This document shows, in pieces, positions 14,259 through 28,152 of a stretch of 64,000 nucleotides of DNA. Source of the DNA: Mustelus asterias (lineage: Eukaryota); the NCBI RefSeq assembly GCF_964213995.1, contig NC_135811.1:23498001-23562000 (forward strand), read 5' to 3'. Under the pieces are notes generated by a model. The model saw only the letters and a program-made list of their open reading frames with translations. It had not been told where the DNA came from and searched no databases. Every line of letters starts with the position of its first letter. The stretch's first letter is position 1. The position numbers and the translations under genes were made by a program.

Positions 14259-14584
14259 GGGGCGGCACGGTGACACAGTGGTTAGCATTGCAGCCTCACA
14301 GTGACAGGGACCCGGGTTCAATTCCAGCCTCAGGTCACTGTCTGTGCAAAGTTTGCACATTCGCCCCATATCTGTGTGGGTTTCCTCCGGGTGCTCCGGT
14401 TTCCTCCCACAGTCCAAAGATGAGTGGGTTCGGTTGATTGGCCATGCTAAAATTAGTATCAGGGGGATTAGCGGGGTAAATATGAGGGGTTGAGGGAATA
14501 GGGCCTGGGTGGGATAGTGGTGGTGGCAGACTCGATGGGCCGAATGGCCTCCTTCTGCACTGTAGGGATTCTATGATTCTATGA
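14259..14584 (+). mobile_element. HE1-type SINE, full length
   Basis: tRNA-like head with A box (GGTGACACAGTGG) and B box (GGTTCAATTCC), V-domain, CR1-like 3' tail. Confidence 0.92.
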
Positions 14585-14759
14585 GCACTGAGGAATCTGT
14601 TCTTGGCCAGCGCATACGCGGAAGGTGAGGATTCATTGCGACTTGGAATTGAAGACAAAGGTTAGTTAGATCTTATGAAAATATACAGGTTTCTAAATAA
14701 CTACCTTCATGGCACACCAGCATGCTGTGGCATACCAATTGGGAATCGCTGCAGTAGAG

Positions 14760-16000
14760 CATGGGATCCATCCATTGGCATCAATGGATGAAAGTGTCAC
14801 CAAATTAGCAAAAAGCACCCTCTTTCACAAAATTAGATGCTAACGAGTGTTTCGCAGCTGCTTTTGGACAAAGAATCCAGACTAACTAATTTTAATCATG
14901 CCATTTGGTTTTCATTGTTTTAACAGGTTACCGATCAGAACTATTTCTGCACCAGAGATATTCCAAAGAACAATGTTTCAGACCCTGGAAGGCATGGAAG
15001 GAGTGATATGCCATATGGACCACATTCTCACGCACAGCTCATCGAGGGAAAACCATGACTGTCAAATGAGAGCAATTTTCAAAGTTCTACAGGAAGCACG
15101 TTTGATATTAAATGACAAAAGTAAATTTGCAAAGCCGATAATTAAATTCTGAGGCCACATTGTGCAAACTTCAGGAATTATGGCCAACCAGCAGGTCACC
15201 AAGATTATTAGAAAGCTCCCAGAGTCTAAAAACATCACAGAATTACAAAGGTTTCTTAGGATGGGTCAATCAGATAGGTTTCTATCAAACCTGATGGAAA
15301 TGGGTGAGCCGCTATAACAGCTGTCGCGGCAATAGTGGTGTCAGAATTTGGACCAGCCAAATGTTTTTGACAAGATCAAAAATCTCCTAATTGCACCAGA
15401 AATAGCAGTGCACTACGATCCAGAATTACCAACAACTATAGCAGCGGACACATCTACAGGTTTGGACGCAGTCTTGTTTCAAGTTCAAAAAGATAGGCAA
15501 AGATGATCCATTGACCCGTTTATTCTACCTCAAGATCTCTCATGGATACAGAGAAAAGGTATGCAACCATTGAGCAGACGCATCAGCAGCCACATGGGCC
15601 TGAGAGAAGTTTTCTGATTATGTCATGGGATTAAAGTTTAAAATTGAAATCTTTGGTTACTCTTCTTAACCTAAAGGAAATTACAAAAATGCCACTTGGA
15701 ATCCAATGTTTTAGACTGAGAGTTGTGGAATATATTCAGTTATCAAGTACATTCAAGGGAAGTACCAGATGACAGCAGAAGCATTATCAAGAACATCAGT
15801 GAAGGGAGTCAAACTAGAAGGTTTAAATTTTACAGAGGAAGTGGTAACATATTCTTTGCTCCCTACTAAACACTTACCAGCTACAAAGCACAACAGGTCG
15901 ATGATGCATCCAAATAAAAGTGTATTGCCTGAATGGATGGCCAAATTACACTCATAACAAAACCCAGTACTTCGAACAGAGAAAACATCTCACGATCATT
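14760..16000 (+). mobile_element. Gypsy pol remnant (RT and RNase H)
   Basis: MPFGFHCFNRLP..SAPEIFQRTM...VICHMDHIL (decayed YxDD motif); HYDPELPTTIAAD; RSLMDTEKRYATIE. Confidence 0.88.
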
Positions 16001-19000
16001 GATCTAAACTAACCCTAGTTTTAATAGCAAACCAATCATCCGTAAAGCACTTCCAATTTGCAATTCTCCAGAAAAGCCATCAAGTCATTTGGGAATAGGG
16101 AAATGTTGAGCAAGGGGCCCAGCATTAATTCCATTGAAATGTGCCAAAGCACACCTGCTGGGAACCGCTGCAAAGCATGTGATCCACGCAATGGCACCAG
16201 TGGATGAAAGTCTCCAAGAGTCACACAGAGTCAAAATGTTAACTCTTATTTCTCTCTGCATAGATGTTGCCAGACCTGCTGAATTTTTCCAGCATTGTGT
16301 TTTTATTTCAGATTACCAGCATCCACGATATTTTGCTTTATAATAACAGTAACTAGTCAAGTTGTGAAATGGATTAAAACTCAAAATACAGTCTAAGTTA
16401 CAATTGACTAAATGGAGGATTCATCCCTTAAAAGGACTGGACAATGCACGGACCAGAATTGCATAGAACAAGTGCAACTGAGGAATCAGTAAGTAGCATA
16501 CCAAACAACAGAACTTTGGTTTTAGAATTCAACTTAAAGTTAAAAACCTTCTAGGTCCTACACAGCAACCAATTCACTTATTAACTAGTTCATCTTGGCC
16601 ACTAAGTAGATCTCCTTCATCTAAAATTACTCCCTAAAAAGTACTGATCAGAAATCTAAAATATTAGAACTGAATTTATGAAAAGTCAAAATGGAGAAAT
16701 CAAAGTAGCTGATGCCACTTGCAGCCGACACACGCCACCTTCTCAGCACACAGTAGCAACTCCTCCGTTGATTTTCACAATGGAACACAATGACCATTGT
16801 GCAATACAAAAAAAGCAATCCATCTGCAACCCACAAAGTGCAGACCATCCTGAGAACAACTGCATCCAAACACAGGTTTTTACATGATAAACCCCATGAA
16901 TCTCCTCAAGAACGAGAAATACATACTTTAGCCAATAAATTGTTTTTGAAGTTGTAGGCATTTCCCGTGCAAGGAAACACAACAGCCAATTTGCAACACA
17001 AGATTTGGGAACCAGCAAATCACAAGTCCTGCATGAACATTTGTGCTTGATTCAAAGACGGCAGGGAGCTCAGGGACAAGCCCACCCATGTGGGCTTGTC
17101 CCTGAGAAAATCGTATGAGGAAAGGCTGAGGTTGTTTTCGTTAGAGAGAAGGTCAACATTAAGAGCATTCAAATGGTTATTGGATAAACATATGGATGAT
17201 ATTGGAATAGTGTAGATTAGAGGGCTTTAGATTGGTTTCACTGGTCGGCGCAACATCGAGGGCCGAAGGGCCTGTACTGCGCTGTAATGTTCTATGTGCA
17301 AGCAATGAGATATGCCATGCAGGGACTGTTGGCATGGGTTAAAATAATTTAATTGGATTTTAAAAATTCGATTTCAATATCCATCAATTTTTAAAATATC
17401 ATTGCTTGGTCATATACCATTTAATGACACAGCAGCATGTTATTGATGTCTTGAATAGCATCACATTGTTTATAGTCAGTGTGTGTTTTACAGTACTGCA
17501 GGTTCCCATCATTTAAGAATTGCACAATAATAAACCAGCAAGTTGAATTGACTCCAGTTGTATAAAGCAATTATTTAGAGATACCAGGAGCAATTTGCTA
17601 TTAATTTTCCCAGAGATTCAAAAGAAACTCACAATACGAAAACTGTACACAACTGAAAATGATGTGGGTATCAAGTGTGGGATCATCTTCTCAGACTGCT
17701 GCTAGTATGCATTTACTAGGCTTGAAATAACTTTGCTCCGCATTTAACCTGGTGCTGTTGAGTATCCAGGCTGAGCACTAATAATAAATTTCTCACTGAA
17801 AACAATTCCAAAATATACATATGAAGGAATGCAAATCTAAATATGGAGCATTGAGATGTACCAACTAGGAAGATGGTGAGACTACCTCATAAGATTCAAG
17901 TGCAAGGCTCAATGACCTGAATAAAACTCAAATGCTAACTTTGATAGGTTAAGTACTAAATCTATTTGAAAATTACTGATGGTGAACATAAACAGATTCA
18001 AATGTATTAAAAATGGCAGCTACCGAAGGATACTGCTTTGATATTGTATTTTTTCCCCTCATTTCAGCTCCTCATGATTTCTATTGTGAACTGTATTTGA
18101 CAGAATCTGGAATTTCAACCATCAGGTAACTAAGAATGAATAGTTCCCAGACAAGTCATTGATTTTTTAAAAAAAATCATTCATCTTTTATTTGATGTGC
18201 AGCAGCCTGACAAAAAGGTGGGCATCAAACAATTTTGAAAAATCAATTTGGAACCTCACAGTATATTCACAACAATTTAATAGAAAAAAATGTTTAACCT
18301 ATATAAAATATATGCAGACAGGAACATAAGACTTAGGAAAAGGCCATTCAAGTTTCATGAATATTGCTGGAGCTGGACTCATCCAGGCAAATGCAAAGTA
18401 TTCTATGACACTCTTGCCCTGTACATGTCGACAGAGGATAGGCTTTGGGAGATGAGGAGGTGCTGAGTAACTTGCCAGAGAAAATGCCATCTTCTAACCT
18501 GCTCTGGTAACCACAATATTTATGACTAGTCTGGCACTAAAATACTAAATCTGTGGGAAGAAAATTATCTGGGTCATAGTTATGAAATTTGTGCCTCATC
18601 TGATGACAATATTTCTATTTTCTTTTGGTCAACTTACACCATAAAGAGAGCTAAATTTAAAGTCTCTCTTTTCCCCCCAGTATGCTGCAGTACCACCTCC
18701 TAGCATTTTGGAAAAGTGTATATAGAAATCAAAATTCTAACAGTGCTGATGGTGATGTGGTCAGTGCTATATTTTGCTTTCAAAAGCCATCTACAAGGCA
18801 GTCTTCCTCTGTGTGTGACTCCAAACTCTGAGGTCACTGTGGCACATTGTAGTGGCTCTATCTGAAACTGCTTCATTATTTCTAACTCAGCACACACGAT
18901 GCATCAAATCCCATTTGTACTAACTGCATTTACTACAGAGCAGAGAAGCCCATTTATGTTGCATTTCCCATTGCTTTCCTTAACAGGACACTCCCTCAAT

Positions 19001-20229
19001 TGCAGTCTTTTATCATGGTTCAGCGGTTAATGCTGAGACAACTATCAGATAGATTTATGGACAGGCAACGCCAACAACAAAGATTAATAATGGTTTGATA
19101 CATTTGTCCTCTAACCCCCTCTACAGACAAAGGTTCAATTTGAAATGGAGTATGGAAAGACATTGATTATATCAGCACAAAACCAAGATACAGAAGCTGG
19201 CAGCTGAATAAATGTTGGCCTTTATATCTCAAGTTTTGACCTTACAGCAAAGCTCTGTCGCAGCTTTTTTCAGAAACATCCAAAAATTACAAAACACATT
19301 AACTCTTCAAGTATAGAATTTCTGTCATGGATCAAAAAAAACCCCAACAGCTGTCCTGTACATTTTGAAGATCAATTCCTAAGAGATTCACACATTTCTT
19401 AACATTATGCCACCTTGACGCATGCTGTAATCTGAATGATTTATTTTGCTGAAATTTTCAGATACAGGTACTGCATATATTTCCATATAAGAGACACTGC
19501 CTGCACACCACCACCCCACCTTCACTTTTGGAATAGTGGCGTCAATTTATTTTTTCCCCCACTATTCTCACCATTGAAAGGTTTGAAGGTAGGGCTTCTC
19601 CTAACCAGAGATTCAAAGCTTTCCCCCCCCCCCTCCCCCATTCAGGGAGTTGCTCTATCAATCACCACACTCCTTCCAGCACGGCAAATTGAATTTCCCA
19701 TGCTGCAGTATGCAGCAGGAGACAGTTGTAGTGGAATGGGAGACCACTGCTGCAGATGGCAAAATGACATATATCTATTAATCCAGTGGATGAGTACTCA
19801 GTACAAGGAGGAATGCTCCAGGTAGTCTTTCCTTCTCTATCAATTATGCTTGCATTACAACAAAAAGAAACGCATTAGATTAGGCAATGTTTTAAAGGCT
19901 GCATTTGCTGACTGACTCAGTGCATTGTGAATAGGAGACAATCATAGCATATATGAATCACAACCACCCTGGCTCAAGGATGAAAAGATGTTTCGTCAGG
20001 GACGTTTCTCCCTTTTTTCCCCTCTCAAAGCAAGTACAGCTGAAAAGGGGAAGGTTATTAGAGGAATATTTTCTATGGAAAGTATCTACTACCTGAAACT
20101 ACATACAAGACAACCACCCCTAACGATGATCCACAACACAAATTTTTCATCTCATATACAGGAATTCCATGCTTTGTTTATTAACAGAACGATCAGCGCC
20201 ATATATCCAAGTCCACACAGGAAGTATGG

Positions 20230-21037
20230 TGTCATGATTCCAGTTGATGTTATAACTGGATGGGAAGATCAGAGAATGGAAACCTGACTCAAATGACCAT
20301 AACTTTTACTATTTTTAATAAAACATGGAGGAACAGCGTCATAGGACTACCAATTAGTTTTAACAAGAAAATATATATTAAACATGAAAAGGTGGATTGT
20401 TATACAATACTCCTTTTACTCCTCCTTAGCTTAACAATTACAGATTTTAAAATATACTTTGTAATTCATGTTAATCTTAAGTTACAATGGTCTCATTAAC
20501 ACACAAAGTCCCTTTTAAAGACACATGATAACTGTAAGACACACTGCTTTCTGAACCCAAATTAATGTCTGTGGATTTCACCTCAAATCCCACCCCACCT
20601 CCCTCCATTACTTTCTTAACCATTACTCCATAGTATGGCTTTTCTTCTGGCAAGGTTGAGAGAGATGTTCCCGCTTTAACCTTCTAAAACCACTGCTTCC
20701 AGCAATTGAAAGAGCTACCTTCTCTCTGACTATCAACAGCAATCAAACTAGCCAAACTAAAACGTAAAGGCTTCTCTACCTTACCAGACCCCAGCACTAG
20801 GCAACTACTGATTTATTTACTCTTCACGCATAGACCTTTCTAAGCACACTAAGATCACGGTTGGAATCAAAGCCAACCCCCATACATACAAACACCTTCG
20901 TCCAGCATGAATCTAACTATAGGCTTTACCCTTCCAGGCACAGAAACATTAAATGAAACCCACTTAAAACTACACCTTATTTCTAATGTTTACCAATACA
21001 AATATAAATCCCTTAAAATTACCTTATTTTCCTAATA
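20230..21037 (-). mobile_element. Probable solo LTR, same family as 5039-7071
   Basis: Shared AACTTTTACT...AAACATGGAGG...ATTAAACA.GAAAAG near the left end and TTTCCTAA.A at the right end. Confidence 0.55.
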
Positions 21038-22609
21038 ATCCTATTGAACTGCTAAGGTTCGGGTGTGGGGTGAAGTGAGGTGATGAATAGCAAGGTAGAA
21101 CCCACAATGCTAAAACAAATCATTCAATTTATGAACTGCCTGTACTAGCAAGGACTGTTGAAACATTCTGCCTTTGACCAGTTCAAAAGTGGTTCAGAGA
21201 AAAAGTATACTTTTACAGTATGCAGTTTCAAAATTAAAATAGATACAGTAAAGGATAAGCTTTTCAGTGGTTATGGTCATCCTGTAGCTGATAAAAATCA
21301 AAATTATTTAAAGTTGATCTGAGTGGCAGCACCACTTATATTGATACCAACTTGATAGCGGTCAGCACCAAAGGAATTCTACCCAATGCTTTGGAAAGAA
21401 ATGTGTCAGTGCAGCCTCACCATTAATAATGAAGTGCGTTCCGACAGATAATTTTACGGCATATTTACATATAGCAAGGTCCCATAAATAGCAATGTGGT
21501 AATGACTACGACAAGATGTCTATTGAGGGATAAATCATGGCCTACCCAGTGGGAGAGGGCAGACAAGGCCTCAAATTAACACCTCAACTCATTTTTGACA
21601 GTGTAGCACTCCCCTAGCACTGCACTGAAGTCATAGGATTTCATTTAATTATTGAAACGTAATTTGTGTGAATATTTTAAAGGTGGGAGGTGATGAACTG
21701 GTCCAGTAGACAGCTGGTCTTCAACCAATAGAATTGTACATCTGGAAGCCTTTCCAATAATGTGAGTGAGATTGTCCTGGTAACACTAGATTTTCATGTT
21801 TGCTTTCAAATGATGCATTCTGACTAACTTTAGGCACTTTTACGCTTCACATGTCAAAGAGGTTATTTTTCTCAGCGTGGGATTTGTATTTAGGTAAGAA
21901 AGAATCTCCAAGGAGGTCGAGAAGGTATTCGCAGCACCAGCTTAAGTCTGTTTTTAGCACAACATGCCATCTTAGTAAAGAGGTTTGAGCACAGGCTGAG
22001 AATAGCCACGTTTGGACAATTCCATTGCTGATTATAAATTAATTTGGCCTCTTCATGGAGCATGAAGGTTGATTTTAAGTGATAAGATAACTTAGGACAC
22101 TGCCCCAAGGTCAGCCAGCTGCAATAAACCAGTTTGGATGGTTAATGCCTACGTGCAGAACTGCATGCGTTTAATCCAGTCTCAAAAGAATATATATTGG
22201 GGTTCTGAAGAACAGATTAGAAGAGAAGAGGCGAACCATAGAAGGAGAAAGGAACCTCAAGCTATAAGCTTGATGAAGTTTGATCCCCTCTCCATGCCTC
22301 ACCAGGACGAGTGGGAAGAGACACCCCTGCAGGTCTATTAAGTATAAGTAATTAAAGTCTACATTTATAAAATTATAGTGGAGTCATAGGGGAATGGAAG
22401 TATTTGTTTGTGATACAGTGTAAGAGAATCAGTCTTGTCCTAATCATAAATATTTTTGTTACATTTATTTGATTGAAAGATAATGTTTTTCTGTTTATCA
22501 ACTAACTGGTTAACTAACTCTTGGTTAACAAGACACTTTGGGAGACTTTCTGGGACACTTAGTCCAGACTTCACTCTATCAACAATTTTTCTCAAAAGTC
22601 TCTGAGGAC

Positions 22610-23225
22610 TTCATCCAAAAAGAGAGTGCTGTACTCTACCTCACTGTAGACCTTAGTCAGACCTCAGTCAGACTGTTTATCCAGTATTTAGTTGTGGATA
22701 TGTGGAAATTTTCTCAAATTAAATACTGGGAAGACTGTGGTCATTGTTTTCAGTCCCCACTCCAAACTCCATTCCTTAGTGACTAACGCTATCCCTCTTC
22801 CTGGCAACAGACTGAGATTAAGTCAATCTGTTTGTAACCTTGATGTCACATTTGATACCAAGATAAACTTCTGACCTCATATTTGTGTCTTCACTATAAC
22901 TACCTATTCCAACCTCCATAACATCACCTGACTTCACCTCGTCCCAGCTCATCTGCTAAAATCCTCCTCCACACATTTGTTACCTCCACTATTCCAAATC
23001 ACTCCTGACTGGTCACCAATGTTCAACCCTCCATGTACCTGAGCTCATTATAAACCCATCTACTGATTTCTTAATTTGCAAGAAGTCCTGATCCTATATT
23101 TACCCTCTTACATTGGTTTAAGCAGTGCCTTGATTTTCAAATTCTCATGCTAGTTTTCAAATTCCTTCATGGCTTTGCCCCTCCTTGTCTCTGTAATCTC
23201 CTCCAGTCCCACAACCCTCCCAGAT
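22610..23225 (+). mobile_element. L2-clade LINE remnant
   Basis: NFLKLNTGKTVVIVFSPHSK...VCNLDVTFD; LHWFKQCLDFQILMLVFKFLHG. Confidence 0.75.
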
Positions 23226-23228
23226 ATA

Positions 23229-23573
23229 GGGCGGCATGGTAGCACAGTGGTTAGCACTGCTGCTTCACAGCTCCAGGGACCTGGGTTCGATTCCCGGCTT
23301 GGGTCACTGTGTGTGGAGTTTGCACATTCTCCTCGTGTCTGCGTGGGTTTCCTCCGGGTGCTCCGGTTTCCTCCCACAGTCCAAAGATGTGCGGGTTAGG
23401 TTGATTGGCCACGATAAAATTGCCCCTTAGTGTCCTGAGATGTGTAGGTTAGAGGGATTAGTGGGTAAATATGAACGGATATGGGGGTAGGGCCTGGGTG
23501 GGATTGTGGTCGGTGCAGACTCGATGGGCCGAATGGCCTCTTTCTGTGCTGTAGGGTTTCTATGATTCTATGA
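23229..23573 (+). mobile_element. HE1-type SINE, full length
   Basis: A/B boxes, V-domain, TTCTATGA tail; flanking GATATA duplication. Confidence 0.93.
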
Positions 23574-25092
23574 TATATTGGCAACAAAGGCTGAAGACAA
23601 TTCTGTCTATTTACAAAAGATAGCATGGGACACGTAACTAGGTAGTGTAATGGGCTAGGTTATACTTTACCTCTGGAGGTTGGATTTAAATTAATTCAAG
23701 GCTGAAGAGATGAAAACCTCCACTTTCAAGTAATCGTAATGGACATAAGGGGCATGAATGGGTTTTGAAGTTTCAGCCTGCTGCCTAACCAGCAAGGGTT
23801 GGCAGAACATGAAAAAGGCAAAGGCTATTAATAGCTCCACAGAATTCAATGATTTGTGGATAATTTGGCTCATGCATTGTGACACTCAAAAAATATCCTA
23901 AGGTTACTAAAACATCTAGTGCTAAAATCAACATTTAAACTCTTTGTCGCTATTTTCTTTTTCCATTTTCACAATTTTAATATCTATTTTAACATTTGTA
24001 CTGTCTCCCTTAAACATTAAACTTGTCCATTGTTCCACCATGTCCTCATTCCAGAGTGGAAAGACACAATAAATTCTCTAACCCGACTGGTTGAAAAGCC
24101 TGCCTCTAAACCAGAGACCTCATGCACCATTAAAAAAGGACTGACTTATGTTATTAAAATGATTTGCGTTTCAATGGATGTCAAGCACTTTACTGGTTTG
24201 AGACAATTCACTGATGGCTCAAGACAACAGGTACTGTCATAATTGATTTGTTTTGCTGGCAGCACTCCAGAGATTAACATCATGGTGCACTGGCACTAAT
24301 GCCTAGCTAACAGTGTATCCACTCTAATGGCCTTGGCAGCTAACCAGCATGCAAGCCGTGTTCTGCTTTGTATAAAATACAACAGCAGACACTACTTTGT
24401 CAACATCAAAATGCTAAGAGTTCTGACTTGTTGTGATGACTGCATTAAAGAGATATTCAGAAACTGGCCAACAGCCCTCGGCATTTTAAAATGCTGTGCT
24501 GTGCCTCTGTAGCACTGCAATGTTGCAGAATTCAAATATACCCACTTGGCACTCAGTTTATTTACACTTTGCTACCAGAGCTTACTGTTTATTGACCTGA
24601 GCCTGTCTACCTACTTTTATACCTCCCAGTTGCCAGCCCAATCCTTTTCTCTTTTTTGTTTAATTCTGTGGTGTTCCCATGCACCTACTGCCCCTATCCT
24701 CTGCTGTTTCTACACTTCTTACTGAACCAGATTTGATCCCCTGGCTTGATGATAATGGTAGAGTGCCGAACCTGCTGGGCATGAGGTTGCAGATTGTGCT
24801 GGAATACAATACTTCTGTTGATAGCCCACAAAGCCTAATGGATGCCCAGTTTTGACCATTTAGATCTGTTCCAAATATATCCATTAATCAAACTAATAGT
24901 GCCAAACAACATAATGGCAGATATTCTTGGTGAGACGACTGTGCTGTAGTCACTCTTACCAATACCATTACTGACAAATGTTTCTGCGATAGATAAATAG
25001 GCGAGGATGAAGTCAGGGTGGTTTGTCCCTCATGGCAATTCTTACCACATGTTGGCAGGCCTAGGCTGACAGCTATGTCCTTTGGGATTAGG

Positions 25093-25127
25093 TAAGAAGT
25101 CTCACAACACCAGGTTAAAGTCCAACA
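25093..25127 (-). mobile_element. 35-bp Penelope-like terminal fragment with 12-bp TSD
   Basis: TAAGAAGTCTCACAACACCAGGTTAAAGTCCAACA flanked by TTTGGGATTAGG at 25081-25092 and 25128-25139. Confidence 0.85.
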
Positions 25128-26699
25128 TTTGGGATTAGGCCAGCTTGGTCAGTAGTGGTGCGACTGAGCCACATGCAATGAAGTTCCTACCCAGAACACA
25201 TTTTATCACCTTAGCATTCTCAGTGCTTCTTCCAAGTGCTATTCGACATGGAACAATACTGATTCATCAGCTGAAAGAAGCAGTAGTCAGTAATCAGGAG
25301 ATTTTCTTACTCAGGATGCCACAAGATTTTATGGGGTTTGAAGTCAATGCCCAGGACTCCAAGGATTATTATGCCACCTGTGGATCTGTTCTGTCAGTCG
25401 GACACAGTAAGGAACGATGAGAGAGGAGTCGGGGATGTCTTCTGGTAGCTTCACGGTCATCATTGCTGATATCAACATTATAAATCCAGATTTAATTAGT
25501 TAACTAAATCCAACTTCTCCAGTGCTGTGGTGGGGTTTTTAACTTGGGTCTCTCGATTACTAGTCGAGTAATTTAACCACTATGTTACCATATCTTTGCC
25601 ACTGCTGGACTTTGCGTCTCCTGTACCTACTTTGTTTGGTATAGATGGGTAATGGGGAGAGTTGGGGGGGTGGGGGGGGCGTGTAGGAAAGGCCGGAGAC
25701 TGAAAGGGAAGGCAAGGACACCACAGGCCAAGGTAGGGTTTGATGGGGTTGAGGGCGATGGGACAATCAAGCTTTATTCAAGTGCACATGATGTATTGAA
25801 TTACAAACATTGAAGAAATAAACAAAGGAGAGAATAGGGGAAAGAATGAGGAAAAATTGAGAGCAATGGGCTGTTATCTAGGGCAAATTGTCAGACAAAG
25901 GCAAAAGACTCAAGGATGTCAGGGGCAGCAGGTGAGAGAATGGATGAACACAAGGTACAGAATTATTGAAAGAGTTGAGGGGCGCCAAACACAATGAACT
26001 CAAAGTTCCAGAGGGGGAAACTGTCAAAGGGCAATGGGCAGGCAGCCTAAGACAATCTGGCCACATGCATGATTTGGCTTAAAGGTCATCTTGCAACCCC
26101 CCACTCCAAAAGCATTCCAAGAGTTGCATTCTCGCCACCTCCAATCCACCCCCCACCCACAACTCATCACCCTAGTGAATACTTCCCAAAGATAGAACAA
26201 CTAATACAGCAAATATGTTTCATCTATCCCACACTTGCTGTCAGGTTATAACGGTTTGCAATCACATTTGGTTGATTTATTGAAATCAAACAGCAGCAAA
26301 TCAGATCTCAGATAAGGTATAAATGAAAACTGCTAAGAAACTAGCAAGGAATTAATCAATTCAAATCTATCGCAATGAACTGAGGAATACCAATGAAAGA
26401 AAAAAAAGGTAAGAATTAAATCACTCAAAATATACTTTGAAAAAAATCCACAGTTTTTTCTGTGACTCTAATTTCTACCATCTTCAAGTAATGTTTTAAT
26501 CAAAATATCAAAAATGTAATGTTTTTTATTCTCTCATGGGATGTGGGCATCACTGGCAAGGCCAGAATTTGTTGCCCATCTCTAACTGCCCTTGAAAAGG
26601 TGGTAGTGAGCCACCTTTGTGAACTGCTGCAGTCCATGAGGTGCAGTTATGCCCACGGTGCCGTTAGCAATCATTTCCTTATTAAACAATCGTGCTTAC

Positions 26700-26755
26700 C
26701 TTGGAGCAGGACAACATTCCGCCGAGCATTTTGGTCCCTTTGCCAATACCAACCA
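26700..26755 (-). CDS. TRUB1: TRUB1 coding exon 3 (56 nt)
   Basis: CAG acceptor and GTAAG donor; (V)VGIGKGTKMLGGMLSCSK; phase 1 to 0. Confidence 0.95.
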
Positions 26756-28056
26756 CTGAAAGCCAAAGGAAAACGGTAATTATTTTAAAATGTGGAGATA
26801 AAAAGGAATTGCAACAAATCGGCAATAAAAACAAAAAAGATTGGGAGTGCCGTGCAGCACGTTGATCAAGAGACAGGTCTCAGGGTGATAGATTTATTTC
26901 TGCACCATGAGGCTATCAGCACAGGGCTCAGCTGCTGTTAACAGAATGATAAAGCACAATCAAAAGAGGTTGTATTGTTGCTGGATAACTCATTGTCAGA
27001 CCTCAGCTGGGCTACTCTGCGCAGCTCTGGGAATAATCAAAAGAAATTGCTCTAATCTCGCAACAAAGACTGAAAGGAAACAGAAAATTCGGATATCTGA
27101 AATTTAAATTCTGAGGTAAGCCATTATATTTTTGGGACTCACCTTCAAAAAAATATTGCCGTTTCAGAACTGGAGTTAAGTTTGACAAGGATAACTCTGG
27201 AATTTAGGGTTCAAAGCAACGTTCTCTTTAAGCTATGTAATAATTGGGAATGCAAAGCACAGGGAACAAACAGGCCACGTTCAAGCAACATTCCCTTTAA
27301 TGTGCATACGTGCATTAACCTTAAAAGGACCTAGACAGTGCAACAAGTTAGCTGCATGAAATTGAGGGGATCATTGGCTTGACGACATGAAAATATTTCC
27401 GAATTGAACTTGTTTTTTAATGAAGGGAAAAAAAAGGGTTTATTTACCAGGTCTTCACATAAATGTAGGCCAATATTTGAACTTAACAGAAATAGAAAAC
27501 AATGACTACCTTCAAGCAAGGTGGAGACTGGATAAATATTTTCTTTCAATTTTAATTGATTGCCATCTACTGAAGTGGTCCAGCCTATTATCTATTCAGT
27601 GGATTCACAATCAGTCATACCTAGTGGCACATGAAACTGCCTGTCCCCTTAAACCCAATGCTCTCATTCATTTAAACCTAATGATCCTTAAAGGCTTTCT
27701 CAGTCACTTTTCCATCCCAATGTTGAAGTAACAGTATATTTTAAACTTCAGTTGCTTTCCTTTTTCCAATATCTATTTGTGACAGGAGTCATCAGCTGGT
27801 TGTATAATGAGCTGGCCTCATTGCTGCCCTCACCAGCATTGTTTATAACTGGAACCCAAATTAAAATGCTGAGAAGCAAAGTGAGCACATTGATGGTAAT
27901 CCTTAATTTGCAATGTGCATCTTCTGGAATGGGCATAGCTACTTTCTGACATGGCAAAAAAAAATGGAGACGGACAACAAACAGTGTCGAGAAATCAAAT
28001 ATAAATAGCTGATGTTTATCCATTACTGCAAAGTATCTTTTCTCCCTGTCTCTTAC

Positions 28057-28152
28057 CAAGCACTCCTGACGCTGCACTATCAAGGGTTCCTCCGTGTCCC
28101 AGCTTCAGAACTTGTCTCTTTCTCTTCATTGGATGTTGTTTGATGCCAGCTT
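28057..28152 (-). CDS. TRUB1: TRUB1 coding exon 2 (96 nt), catalytic Asp motif
   Basis: CAG acceptor and GTAAG donor; (E)AGIKQHPMKRKRQVLKLGHGGTLDSAASGVL(V) contains the TruB KxGHGGTLD motif; phase 1 to 1. Confidence 0.97.

Noticed and set aside
23229-23305. tRNA genes at HE1 heads (also 14259, 39862, 62086)
   Set aside because: The A/B boxes continue into the V-domain and LINE-like tail, so these are tRNA-derived SINEs, not tRNAs.
27217-27376. Possible hAT-type MITE ends (CAACATTCCCTTTAA...GAGGGGATCATTG)
   Set aside because: Too degenerate and no TSD found, so not listed as a feature.
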